From: Anaeromyxobacter sp.
GTDB lineage: Bacteria > Myxococcota > Myxococcia > Myxococcales > Anaeromyxobacteraceae
Reading direction: 5' to 3'
Assembly (NCBI GenBank): GCA_031427995.1
Contig: JANPOM010000191.1
Coordinates: 1 to 61,571 of the forward strand
Length of the DNA stretch: 61,571 bases
Shown here: positions 19,452-27,677 of the stretch, piece by piece
Layout of the letters: every line of letters begins with the position of its first letter
How positions within the stretch are numbered: the stretch's first letter is position 1
Program-made: the position numbers and the translations under genes
The notes under the pieces: model-generated
Seen by the model: only the letters and a program-made list of their open reading frames with translations
Databases searched by the model: none
What the model was told of the DNA's origin: nothing

Positions 19452-19462
19452 CCGACCAGCAT

Positions 19463-19557
19463 AGTGCCCCAACCCAGGCTTACTGACTACTGCGAGCGCC
19501 GATCCTCTCGCTGCGGCGGGCGGCCTCGTCGAGTCATCAAGCCTGGGTCGGGGCACT
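19463..19557 (-). repeat. full-length ~95-nt palindromic intergenic repeat (copy A, inverted relative to copy C)
   Basis: AGTGCCCCAACCCAGGC...GCGAGCGCCGATCCTCTCGCTGCGGC...GCCTGGGTCGGGGCACT. Terminal inverted repeats. The reverse complement aligns along its whole length with 55848..55941. Confidence 0.8.
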
Positions 19558-19649
19558 AGTCCCGGCCGGCCCGCCGTGCAGCGGAACCGACCCGGGGCGC
19601 CGGGCGCCATCCGGGTTGCACGCCGCCGGGCGCCGCTTAGATCAGGCGA

Positions 19650-20000
19650 GTGGGCTTCGCCGACCGACACTGTGCCCGCTGGCCGAAAGGCCGGCCGCCG
19701 CTCTCCGGGCAGGAGCTGGCGGCGGCGCTGCTTGAACTCCCGGGCTGGAGCGCGGCCGATGTGGGCATGCGCCTCACCCGCCGTTTCACCTTCGCCGACT
19801 TCAGCGCCGCCATGGGCTTCGTCACGGCGCTGGCCGAGGTGGCCGCCGCCGAGGACCATCACCCCGACTTCACGGTCCGCTGGAACGTGGTCGAGGTGGT
19901 GACCTGGACCCACGATGCCGGCGGCCTCACCGACAACGACTTCATCCTGGCGGCCCGGCTCGACGCCCTGGCCGGGGCCCACCCGACCACCCCGCCCTGA
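19650..20000 (+). CDS. 4a-hydroxytetrahydrobiopterin (pterin-4a-carbinolamine) dehydratase
   Basis: PCD/DCoH signature ...RRFTFADFSAAMGFVTALAEVAAAEDHHPDFTVRWNVVEVVTWTHDAGGLTDNDF. GTG start. Confidence 0.85.
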   Translation: MGFADRHCARWPKGRPPLSGQELAAALLELPGWSAADVGMRLTRRFTFADFSAAMGFVTALAEVAAAEDHHPDFTVRWNVVEVVTWTHDAGGLTDNDFILAARLDALAGAHPTTPP

Positions 20001-20045
20001 GCCGCGGGCTGGCGTCCGCGCCGGAGCGGCGCTAGAGAGTTCGTC

Positions 20046-21248
20046 TTGCCTCGACTCACGACCTTCCTCATCTTCCTCGCCGTCGCCCTCGCCATCATCG
20101 GCGGCATGCACGGCTACCTCTGGCTTCGCCTGGTGCGCGACCCGGCGCTGCCCGAGCCGTGGAGACGCACCCTGACCTGGGTGCTGCTCGGGGCCGGCCT
20201 CCTCATCCCCATCGGGCTCTTCGCGGCCCGCATGGCCGGGCGCAGCTGGGTCCGCGTCATCCCCAGCGCCGCCTTCCTCTGGTTGGGGGTCGCCTTCCTG
20301 CTCTTCGCCACGCTGCTGACCGTCGACGTGGTCCGGGCCGGCGCCTGGCTTTCCAGCTGGGTGGCCGACTGGTTCCGCCAGCTCCCCGAGCCGCCAGCCG
20401 ATCCAGCGCGGCGCGAGTTCGTGGCCCGGGCCGTGGCCGGCGGCGCCGTGCTGGTGGCCGGGACCGCTGGGCTGGTCTCCTACCGGAGCGCCACCGGGCC
20501 GGCGGTGATCGAGGAGGTGGCGATCCGGCTCCCCAGGCTCCCGCCCACCCTCTCCGGCTACACCATCGCCCAGATCTCCGACCTCCACGTCGGCCCGACC
20601 ATCCGCGAGAGGGAGGTCCGGCGCGTCATCGAGCAGACCAACGCCCTCAAGCCGGACCTGATCGTAATCACCGGCGACCTGGTGGACGGCACGCCGCGGG
20701 AGCTCGGTCACATCGTGGCCGAGATGGCCAGGCTCGAGGCGCGCCACGGCGTGCTCTTCATCACCGGCAACCACGAGTACTACTCGGGCGTCGACGCCTG
20801 GCTCGAGCTGCTTCCCCGCCTCGGCATCCGGCCGCTGCGCAACCAGCAGCTCCTCATCGGCGATGAGGGCGGCCGCTTCACGCTGGCCGGCGTCGACGAC
20901 TGGAGCGCCGCCCAGTTCGGCAAGGGGCACGGCCTGGACCTGGAGAAGGCCATCGCCGGCCATGACCCGGAGCGGTCGCTGGTGCTGCTGGCCCACCAGC
21001 CGCGCGACTTCCAGGCCGCGGTGCGCGCCGGCGTCGATCTCCAGCTCTCCGGCCACACCCACGGCGGCCAGCTCTTTCCGTTCAACTTCGCGGTGCGGGC
21101 CGCCTTCCCCTGGGTCAAGGGGCTCTACCGCGAGACGGTGGACGGCCGGTCCGGCCAGATCTACGTCTCGCGCGGGACCGGCTACTGGGGACCCCCCATG
21201 CGGCTCGGCTCGCCGCCGGAAATATCCAAGCTGGTCCTGACGTCGTAG
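20046..21248 (+). CDS. membrane-anchored metallophosphoesterase (YkuE/calcineurin-like)
   Basis: N-terminal TM helices. Motifs ISDLHVG, GDLVDG, GNHEYY, SGHTHGGQ. TTG start. Confidence 0.85.
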   Translation: MPRLTTFLIFLAVALAIIGGMHGYLWLRLVRDPALPEPWRRTLTWVLLGAGLLIPIGLFAARMAGRSWVRVIPSAAFLWLGVAFLLFATLLTVDVVRAGAWLSSWVADWFRQLPEPPADPARREFVARAVAGGAVLVAGTAGLVSYRSATGPAVIEEVAIRLPRLPPTLSGYTIAQISDLHVGPTIREREVRRVIEQTNALKPDLIVITGDLVDGTPRELGHIVAEMARLEARHGVLFITGNHEYYSGVDAWLELLPRLGIRPLRNQQLLIGDEGGRFTLAGVDDWSAAQFGKGHGLDLEKAIAGHDPERSLVLLAHQPRDFQAAVRAGVDLQLSGHTHGGQLFPFNFAVRAAFPWVKGLYRETVDGRSGQIYVSRGTGYWGPPMRLGSPPEISKLVLTS

Positions 21249-21264
21249 ATTGCACGAGATGACC

Positions 21265-22110
21265 ATGATCGGTCCGACGCTGGCCGCCGCCCTCGCCGTC
21301 GCCCTGGGGCTGGCCGCGGAGCCCCCGCCCCTCCCCGCCGCGCCGGCGCCGGCCTTCGCGTTGGCCCCGGTCCCGTGGCGCCCCGAAGAGCGAATGGACT
21401 ACGAGGTCCACTACCTCGGCTTCACGATCGGCAAGTCCCGCATGTCGGTGGGACGCATCGACGGCGGCGCCGTGCAGGTGCAGCTCTCATCGGGCCCGGC
21501 CGGAATGACCTCGGGGCTCAACTTCCACCAGACGCTGCAGAGCGACCTCGATCTCTCCACCCTCCTGCCCCGATCGTCGGTGCACGACGCCTCGGAGCCG
21601 GGCGGCTACAAGCACACCGACACCACCCGCTACGACCGCCCCTCCAACATGGCCACGGTCCGGGAGAAGGGACGGTTCGACAAGACCTACCAGCTCGAGG
21701 TGCCAGCGGAGGCGCTCGACTTCTTGACGGTGGTCTTCCGCCTCCGCACCCTCCCACTCCCCGACGGCGCCACCCACACCTTCAAGGTGCTGGCAGGGCG
21801 GAAGGTGGCGACCGTGGTGGCCTCGGTCGTGAAGCGGGAGCGGGTCAAGACCGAGGCGGGAAAGTTCGCGGCCGTCAAGGTGCGGATCCCCACTCGCTTC
21901 GACGGCAAGTTCAGCGAGAAGTCCCCGACCTTTGTCTGGTTCAGCGACGACGAGCGGCGCGTGGTCGTCAAGCTCAGCGTCGACTTCGCCGTCGGGTCGG
22001 GCGAGGCCGAGCTGGTCAACTACCAGCCCGGTCAAGCGCCCACTGGGCCGGCGCTGGGGCCGGCGGCCGGCCCGGCCGCGCCCTCGCCGGAGCCCGCGCC
22101 CTCGTGGTAG
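21265..22110 (+). CDS. DUF3108-like secreted protein (paralogue 1)
   Basis: MIGPTLAAALAVALGLAA... then WRPEERMDYEVHYLGFTIGKSRMSVG...KVLAGRKVATVVASVVKRERVKTEAGKFAAVKV. Start chosen by alignment with paralogue 2; alternatives are 21250 and 21259. Confidence 0.72.
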   Translation: MIGPTLAAALAVALGLAAEPPPLPAAPAPAFALAPVPWRPEERMDYEVHYLGFTIGKSRMSVGRIDGGAVQVQLSSGPAGMTSGLNFHQTLQSDLDLSTLLPRSSVHDASEPGGYKHTDTTRYDRPSNMATVREKGRFDKTYQLEVPAEALDFLTVVFRLRTLPLPDGATHTFKVLAGRKVATVVASVVKRERVKTEAGKFAAVKVRIPTRFDGKFSEKSPTFVWFSDDERRVVVKLSVDFAVGSGEAELVNYQPGQAPTGPALGPAAGPAAPSPEPAPSW

Positions 22111-22159
22111 CGATCCCCGGCCATGCCGGCGCCGGTCCCGGTCTCCTGGATTGACGTCC

Positions 22160-22987
22160 ATGCTCGGTCCGACGCTGGCCATCGCCTTGGCTCTCGCCCC
22201 CGGCGCGCCCCAGGCGCCTCCCGCCGAGGCGCCACTTCCGGCGCCGGCCGCGCTCGCGGTCCCCGTCCCGTGGGGGCCGGGAGAGAGGATGGACTTCGCC
22301 ATCGACTACCTCGGCCTCACCATGGGCAAGGCCGCCATCTCGGTCGGCCGCACCGAGGGCAGCCTGGCGCCGCTGGAGCTCTCCTCGCGCAGCGCCGGGC
22401 TGATGGCGCTGGTCACCTTCCGCCAGACGCTGGTGAGCAACCTCGACCTGGTCACGCTCCTGCCCCACTCCTCGGTGCTCGACGCCGAGGAGCCGGGCGG
22501 CTACCGGCACACCGACACCGCCCACTTCGACCGCGCCACCAACAGGGCGACGGTCCGGGAGAAGGGGCGGTTCGACAAGACCTACGAGATCGAGGTGCCG
22601 CCAGGGACGCTCGACTTCGTGGCGCTGGTCTTCCGGCTGCGAATGCTGCCGCTCCCCGACGGCGCCACCCACGCCTTCCAGGTGCTGTCAGGCCGCAAGG
22701 TGGCGCAGGTGGTGGCGGCGGTCGTGAAGCGCGAGCAGGTCAAGACCGGGGCCGGCACGTTCGCGGCCGTGAAGGTGCGCGTCCCGACCGGCTTCGACGG
22801 GAAGTTCAGCGAGAAGAACCCGACCTACGTCTGGTTCAGCGACGACCTCCGGCGGGTGGTGGTCCGCATCAGCACCGACTTCGCCATCGGCCGGGCCGAG
22901 GCCGGGCTGGTCCGCTACCAGCCCGGCCAGCCGGGGCTGGAGGCGGTGGTCGGCCCGGCGCGGGCGCCCGCCGTCCCTCCACCCTGA
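22160..22987 (+). CDS. DUF3108-like secreted protein (paralogue 2)
   Basis: MLGPTLAIALALAPG... WGPGERMDFAIDYLGLTMGKAAISVG...QVLSGRKVAQVVAAVVKREQVKTGAGTFAAVKV. Collinear with the preceding gene. Confidence 0.72.
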   Translation: MLGPTLAIALALAPGAPQAPPAEAPLPAPAALAVPVPWGPGERMDFAIDYLGLTMGKAAISVGRTEGSLAPLELSSRSAGLMALVTFRQTLVSNLDLVTLLPHSSVLDAEEPGGYRHTDTAHFDRATNRATVREKGRFDKTYEIEVPPGTLDFVALVFRLRMLPLPDGATHAFQVLSGRKVAQVVAAVVKREQVKTGAGTFAAVKVRVPTGFDGKFSEKNPTYVWFSDDLRRVVVRISTDFAIGRAEAGLVRYQPGQPGLEAVVGPARAPAVPPP

Positions 22988-23038
22988 GGCTACCTCGCCG
23001 GCTGGATTTCCTCGCGGCGCGGTACTAGATTCCGCCCC

Positions 23039-23197
23039 GTGAACCGCCGCGCCATCTACGTCCTGGTCGCCACCCTCGGCGCCGCGCTGGCGGTGATGCT
23101 CTGGCTGGTGGCCGAGATGAGGACCGCCGCCGCCTCGGCCGGTCCGTCGCCCGCCGCCCTTCCGGCCAGGACGGTCAGCCCCGCCGCCCCCCGCTGA
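23039..23197 (+). CDS. hypothetical small membrane protein (52 aa), speculative
   Basis: GTG-start ORF VNRRAIYVLVATLGAALAVMLWLVAEMRTAAAS... with one TM helix and very high GC3. Absent from the ORF track because it is under 60 aa. Confidence 0.3.
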   Translation: MNRRAIYVLVATLGAALAVMLWLVAEMRTAAASAGPSPAALPARTVSPAAPR

Positions 23198-23205
23198 GGC
23201 CGCGC

Positions 23206-24018
23206 TCAGGGGCTCAGCGCCGCGACCAGCTCCGGCAGCCGCTCGCAGCCCGGGCCACGGGCGAAGTAGCCGCGCGCCGACCGCTCCGCCAGCTCGGAGA
23301 AGGGGTTCTGCTCCGGGTTGACGTCGATGAGCGCGGCCCCCCGGTTGAAGGCGATCCGGCCGATCTGCATGGGCAGGTTGGTGGCGCCGCTGGTCCCGAC
23401 CACCAGCAGCAGGTCGGCCGCGCCGGCCGCCCGCAGCGCCGAGTCCATCGAGTAGTTCTCCTCGTCGTAGCACTCGTCGAACCAGAGCACGTGGGGCCGC
23501 AGCCACTCGCCGCAGCGCGGGCAGGTGAGCGCGGCGCGGTCCCTGGCGGTGAGCGGCGCCTCCTTGACCCGCTCGCCGAGGTCGGGCTGGTCGACCCGGC
23601 CCAGGCCGCACTCGGCGGCGCAGCGCACCCAGGCGGCGTCGCCGTGGATCGTGAAGAGCCGCTTCGACCCGGCGCGGCGGTGGAGGCCGTCGATGTTCTG
23701 GGTGATGAGGGTGAAGCGCTCGCCGAGCCGCCGCTCCAGGGTCACCAGCGCGGCGTGGCCGGCGTTGGGCTGGGCCGCCCGGCAGACGCCGAAGCGGTAG
23801 AGGTACCAGCGCCAGACCTCGTCCGGCTTGCGGTCGAACATCTCCCTGGTGGCCATCTCCTGGGGCAGGTAGTTCTTCGAGCCGACCACCCAGTAGCCCT
23901 CCGTGCCGCGGAAGGTCGGGATGCCGCTCTCCGCCGAGATGCCGGCGCCGGTCAGGGCCACCACCCGCCCCTTCGCCGCCCGGATCTCCTCGAGGATCTT
24001 CGCGAGCTTCGGTTCCAT
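23206..24018 (-). CDS. cobB: NAD-dependent protein deacylase, Sir2 family
   Basis: GAGISAESGIPTFRG, QNIDGLH, Zn ribbon CxxC...CPRC, VVGTSG. Confidence 0.9.
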   Translation of the reverse strand: MEPKLAKILEEIRAAKGRVVALTGAGISAESGIPTFRGTEGYWVVGSKNYLPQEMATREMFDRKPDEVWRWYLYRFGVCRAAQPNAGHAALVTLERRLGERFTLITQNIDGLHRRAGSKRLFTIHGDAAWVRCAAECGLGRVDQPDLGERVKEAPLTARDRAALTCPRCGEWLRPHVLWFDECYDEENYSMDSALRAAGAADLLLVVGTSGATNLPMQIGRIAFNRGAALIDVNPEQNPFSELAERSARGYFARGPGCERLPELVAALSP

Positions 24019-24055
24019 TCACTCAGGATAGCGCCAGCCGGGAAGTTCCGGTTAG

Positions 24056-24448
24056 ATGGGGGCCATGTCCAGCGCCCTGACCGATGGCATCCGCGTGGAG
24101 GTCCGAAGCGACTTCCGGCCAGACCGCTCCGCGCCGCGCCACCGGCGCTGGCTCTTCACCTACACCGTCACCATCCGCAACGAGGGGACCCTGCCGGCCC
24201 GCCTCGTCTCCCGCCACTGGATCATCACCGACGGCGCCGGTCAGCGCGAGGAGGTCGAGGGCGACGGCGTGGTGGGGCGCCAGCCGAGGCTCGAGGGCGG
24301 CGAGGCGCACCAGTACACCAGCTTCTGCGTCCTCCCCACCAGCCACGGCTCGATGGAGGGGAGCTACCGGATGCTGCGCGACGACGGCGTCTGCTTCGAC
24401 GCCGAGATCGCCCCCTTCACGCTGGTGGTTCCGGGCACGCTCAACTAG
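24056..24448 (+). CDS. apaG: ApaG (DUF525) protein
   Basis: FTYTVTIRNEGTLPARLVSRHWIITDGAGQREEVEGDGVVGRQPRLEGGEAHQYTSF... is typical of ApaG. Confidence 0.85.
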   Translation: MGAMSSALTDGIRVEVRSDFRPDRSAPRHRRWLFTYTVTIRNEGTLPARLVSRHWIITDGAGQREEVEGDGVVGRQPRLEGGEAHQYTSFCVLPTSHGSMEGSYRMLRDDGVCFDAEIAPFTLVVPGTLN

Positions 24449-24498
24449 TACCTCGCCCCATGCAAGACGAAGCCTGGGAGCGCCGGCCCGGTGCTTCA

Positions 24499-25314
24499 CT
24501 ACCAGTACTTCTCGGCGTGGACCTGGCCGGGACGCGACTTCTCGTGGGCCGTGAACCCCTCGGCGGTGAGCAGGGTGGTCACGTCCTCGATCATGCGTGG
24601 ACTGCCGCAGAGAAAGACGTGGGTGTCGGCCGCGAGCGGCTTCTTTCCGAAGGCCCTCTGCAGCGCTCCACCCTGCCAGAGCGACTGGACGTGGCCGACG
24701 GCGCCGCCCCAGGCGGTCGGCTCCTCGCCGGGCCGGCTCACGATGGGCAGGTAGATGAAGTTGGGGCAGATGCGGGCCAGCGTGGTCAACTCCGCGGTGT
24801 AGCCGAGGTCCCAGGAGTGGCGCGCGCCGACCAGCACGGCGAAGCGGCGGTTCGGGTTGGAGGTGATCCCGGTGCGCAGCATGCTCATGTAGGGAGCCAG
24901 GCCGGTGCCGGTGGCCACCATCACCACGTCCTGGTTGGCGGGCACCTCGGCCAGCGTGAAGAGGCCGGTGATCTTCGGTCCCAGCCAGACCTTGGCGCCC
25001 GGCTGGAGCGCGAAGAGGCGAGGCGTCAGCTCGCCGGAGCGGACCAGGGTGAGGAAGAGCTCGAGGTGCTCGCCCGGGAGCGACGGCGAGGCGATGGAGT
25101 AGGCGCGGCGGATGAACCGCTCCGGGTCGGCTCCCGGCTCCTCGGGATCAGCCAGCGGCGTGCGCGGCGCGCTGGCCGGCAGCCCCACCACCGCGAACTG
25201 GCCTGACTGGAATACCGGCATGGGCCCCGACTCGGGGGCGATGCGCAGCACCATCAGACCTGGCGCCAGGTCGATCCGCTGGGTCACCACCGCGTTGAGC
25301 TCGAACTTCTTCAC
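24499..25314 (-). CDS. fpr: ferredoxin-NADP+ reductase (Fpr type)
   Basis: FAD motif RAYSIASP, NAD(P) motif MVATGTGLAPYMS, C-terminal ...AEKYW. Confidence 0.85.
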   Translation of the reverse strand: MKKFELNAVVTQRIDLAPGLMVLRIAPESGPMPVFQSGQFAVVGLPASAPRTPLADPEEPGADPERFIRRAYSIASPSLPGEHLELFLTLVRSGELTPRLFALQPGAKVWLGPKITGLFTLAEVPANQDVVMVATGTGLAPYMSMLRTGITSNPNRRFAVLVGARHSWDLGYTAELTTLARICPNFIYLPIVSRPGEEPTAWGGAVGHVQSLWQGGALQRAFGKKPLAADTHVFLCGSPRMIEDVTTLLTAEGFTAHEKSRPGQVHAEKYW

Positions 25315-25326
25315 GGGGCGAAGCGC

Positions 25327-26391
25327 TCACTTCCGCAGCAACTCGTCGAGCAGTTCCTGCTGGGTGACGATCTTGTGCCGCAGCATGATTCGCAGCAGCG
25401 CGGCCGCCACCTGCGAAGGCTTGACCGGAAGCGGAACCTCGTCCTGCCCGGCCGCCAGCCGCTCCAGCGCGTCGAGGACCACGACCTCCTTGGGCGTCAG
25501 CGCCCGGAGGGCGATACGCCCCTCTACCGCCTCCTCCTCCAGCAGCTGCTCGTCGAGCTGCGGCGGGATGGGGTGCGGGGCGGGGCGGGGTACCGGCGTG
25601 GCGATCGGCCGGGCCGGCGGCGGCGTCACCACCGGGTGGCTGCCGGTGGCGCGTGGCGAGGCTGCGGGCTGCGCCGAGGCCAGCGGGATGGGGGTGAGCT
25701 GGAGCTCCTCGGGGGTGTCCCGGTGCGAGAAGCCGCCGCGCGGGACCGAGCCGAGCAGCTCGTTACGCGCCTCCCGGTGCGGCCCACTGGGAGCGGCGGC
25801 ATGCGTTCCGCCCTGGCGCGGCTCCGCCTCCAGCTGCTTCTCGAGCAGGTCGGCGCTTCCGCCGCCGAAGGGATCGGCCAGTGGCGGCAGGAACTCACCG
25901 CTCACCTCGGTGTCGAGCGAGATGGACTCGATCCGCATCGGCTCGGTGGAGGGGTAGTGGGCGCGGATGGCCTCGGCGATCTCCCGGTCTCCGCCGATGC
26001 AGACCTTGATCCGCTTGTTGGTGCGGAAGCGGAGCTCGTCGGCGATGGCGAGGTTGGTCGGGTCGGCCATGGCCACGGTGAGCGAGGCGTGGTCGGCCGC
26101 CATGGGGAAGACGTTGTGCCGTTCGGCGAATTCCCGGCCCACCAGCTTGAGCGCCGACTCGAGCGCCTGCCGCTCCAGCGCCCCCAGCCTGGCGACCTCG
26201 AACCCGAGCTTGCGGGCCAGCGCCTGGACGATGGTGGGTTCGGTGGTGAGTTTCAGGTCGAGCATGGCCTGCCCGATCCGGCCTCCCCAGCGCCGCTGGT
26301 GACCCAGCGCCGACTGGAGCATGGCCTCGTCGATCACGCCCGCGTCGATGAGCAGCTCTCCCAGCCGTTTCTTGATCGCCATCGAAGACAA
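25327..26391 (-). CDS. stand-alone MshEN/T2SSE_N-domain protein (predicted c-di-GMP receptor) with Pro-rich linker and unknown C-terminal domain
   Basis: Residues 9-32 RLGELLIDAGVIDEAMLQSALGHQ, then a 5-residue spacer, then residues 38-61 RIGQAMLDLKLTTEPTIVQALARK. This reproduces the tandem 24-residue MshEN c-di-GMP motif. No ATPase domain follows. Confidence 0.8.
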   Translation of the reverse strand: MSSMAIKKRLGELLIDAGVIDEAMLQSALGHQRRWGGRIGQAMLDLKLTTEPTIVQALARKLGFEVARLGALERQALESALKLVGREFAERHNVFPMAADHASLTVAMADPTNLAIADELRFRTNKRIKVCIGGDREIAEAIRAHYPSTEPMRIESISLDTEVSGEFLPPLADPFGGGSADLLEKQLEAEPRQGGTHAAAPSGPHREARNELLGSVPRGGFSHRDTPEELQLTPIPLASAQPAASPRATGSHPVVTPPPARPIATPVPRPAPHPIPPQLDEQLLEEEAVEGRIALRALTPKEVVVLDALERLAAGQDEVPLPVKPSQVAAALLRIMLRHKIVTQQELLDELLRK

Positions 26392-26481
26392 TCTAACCCC
26401 GCACCCCGGCCGGGTCGAGTCGGCGAACGCCCCATTCCCCCCCTCGGGGGCGGCTGACGATATCGGCGGGGCGGGGCGTCG

Positions 26482-26940
26482 CTACTTCACGCCCTCGCCG
26501 CGGGTGGCGATGGCCAGCCGCTGCAGTCCGAGCCGGCGCGCCAGGTCCATCACCGCCACCACCCGGCCGTGGGCCACGCCTTCGTCGGCCTGCACCAGCA
26601 CCAGCGTGTCGGGGTTCCTCTCGGCCGAGGCGGTCAGCATCGAGCGCAGCTCCTCCTCCTCGACCACCTTGCCGCCGATCACCACGCGCCCGTCGGAGAG
26701 GATGGCGATGGAGAGATCCCGCGCCGCCACCGAGTCGCCCTTGCCACCCTTGGGCAGCGTCACCTTGAAGCCGCCCCTGTCCGCCCCGGCCTCGGTGATG
26801 GCGGTGGTGGTCACCATGAAGATGATGAGCAGCACCAGGAAGATGTCGGTGAGCGGCGTGATGTTGATGTCGGCGAAGATGGCGCCGTCGCTGTCGCCCT
26901 CGCCCTCGTTGGCGCCGCCGCTCGGGCCTCCCGTCGCCAC
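26482..26940 (-). CDS. ExbD/TolR-family biopolymer transport protein
   Basis: GTG start 2 nt after the exbB-like stop. ...ADINITPLTDIFLVLLIIFMV (TM) ...LVQADEGVAHGRVVAVMDLARRLG. Confidence 0.8.
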   Translation of the reverse strand: MATGGPSGGANEGEGDSDGAIFADINITPLTDIFLVLLIIFMVTTTAITEAGADRGGFKVTLPKGGKGDSVAARDLSIAILSDGRVVIGGKVVEEEELRSMLTASAERNPDTLVLVQADEGVAHGRVVAVMDLARRLGLQRLAIATRGEGVK

Positions 26941-26942
26941 GG

Positions 26943-27644
26943 TCAGCCCTCCCCGCCGGCGGCCCGGGCCGGACCGCCCGCCCGCAAGGTCGGCAGCAGC
27001 TCTCTCACCAGCTCGAGGTACTCCTCGGTGAGGAGGCGGAGCTGCAGGGTCAGCTTCTGGGCGTGGGTGTTGAGCGCGTTGAAGAGCACCACCGCCAGCA
27101 CGGCGACGGCGATGCCGGCGGCGGTGGTGATGAGGGCCTCGGAGATGCCGGCCGAGACCACCGCGAAGCCGCCCTGCCCGGTCTGGGCCATGTCGTGGAA
27201 GGCGTTCATGATGCCGACCACGGTGCCGAAGAGGCCGACGAACGGGGCGGTGGCGCCGACGGTGCCGAGCATCCAGAGGCCACGCCTCAGCCGCAGGTTG
27301 ACCCGCTGCCGCTCGCGCTCCACCGCCGCCGCCAGCCGGTCGGGGTTCGGCTCCCCGGCCGGCCGGCCGGAGAGGGTTCCGCCCTTGGGGCCGAGGGCCA
27401 CCAGCGCCGCCAGGAAGACTTCGGCGGCCATCGAGCCGGAGCGCTCGCACTGGGCCCGGCCGTCCTCGAGATCGCCGCGGAAGAGGGCCCGGCCGACCGC
27501 GTCGGCCAGCGACCTCGCCTTGTCGCCGAAGGCCCACAGGGCGATGGCCCGCTCCACGGCCACCGCCACGGCGATGACCGAGCAGGCGATGATCACCCAG
27601 AGTGAGAAGCTCGCCTTGACGAGCTGGAGGAGGTTCTGGTCCAC
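26943..27644 (-). CDS. MotA/TolQ/ExbB-family proton channel protein
   Basis: 233 aa. LGTVGATAPFVGLFGTVVGIMNAF...EALITTAAGIAVA is typical of ExbB/TolQ. Confidence 0.85.
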   Translation of the reverse strand: MDQNLLQLVKASFSLWVIIACSVIAVAVAVERAIALWAFGDKARSLADAVGRALFRGDLEDGRAQCERSGSMAAEVFLAALVALGPKGGTLSGRPAGEPNPDRLAAAVERERQRVNLRLRRGLWMLGTVGATAPFVGLFGTVVGIMNAFHDMAQTGQGGFAVVSAGISEALITTAAGIAVAVLAVVLFNALNTHAQKLTLQLRLLTEEYLELVRELLPTLRAGGPARAAGGEG

Positions 27645-27677
27645 GGTGGCTCCGATGCGCTGCGGTGAGAGGAGATG

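Noticed and set aside
19077-21266. 729-aa minus-strand ORF
   Set aside because: Only the C-terminal 124 aa (DUF423) are credible. The rest is antisense to the pterin dehydratase and metallophosphoesterase genes.
26392-26481. GC hairpin (CGCCCC...GGGGCG) between exbD and the MshEN gene, considered as a terminator or attenuator
   Set aside because: There is no U-tract on the transcribed (minus) strand and the stem is short. It cannot be distinguished from a chance structure.
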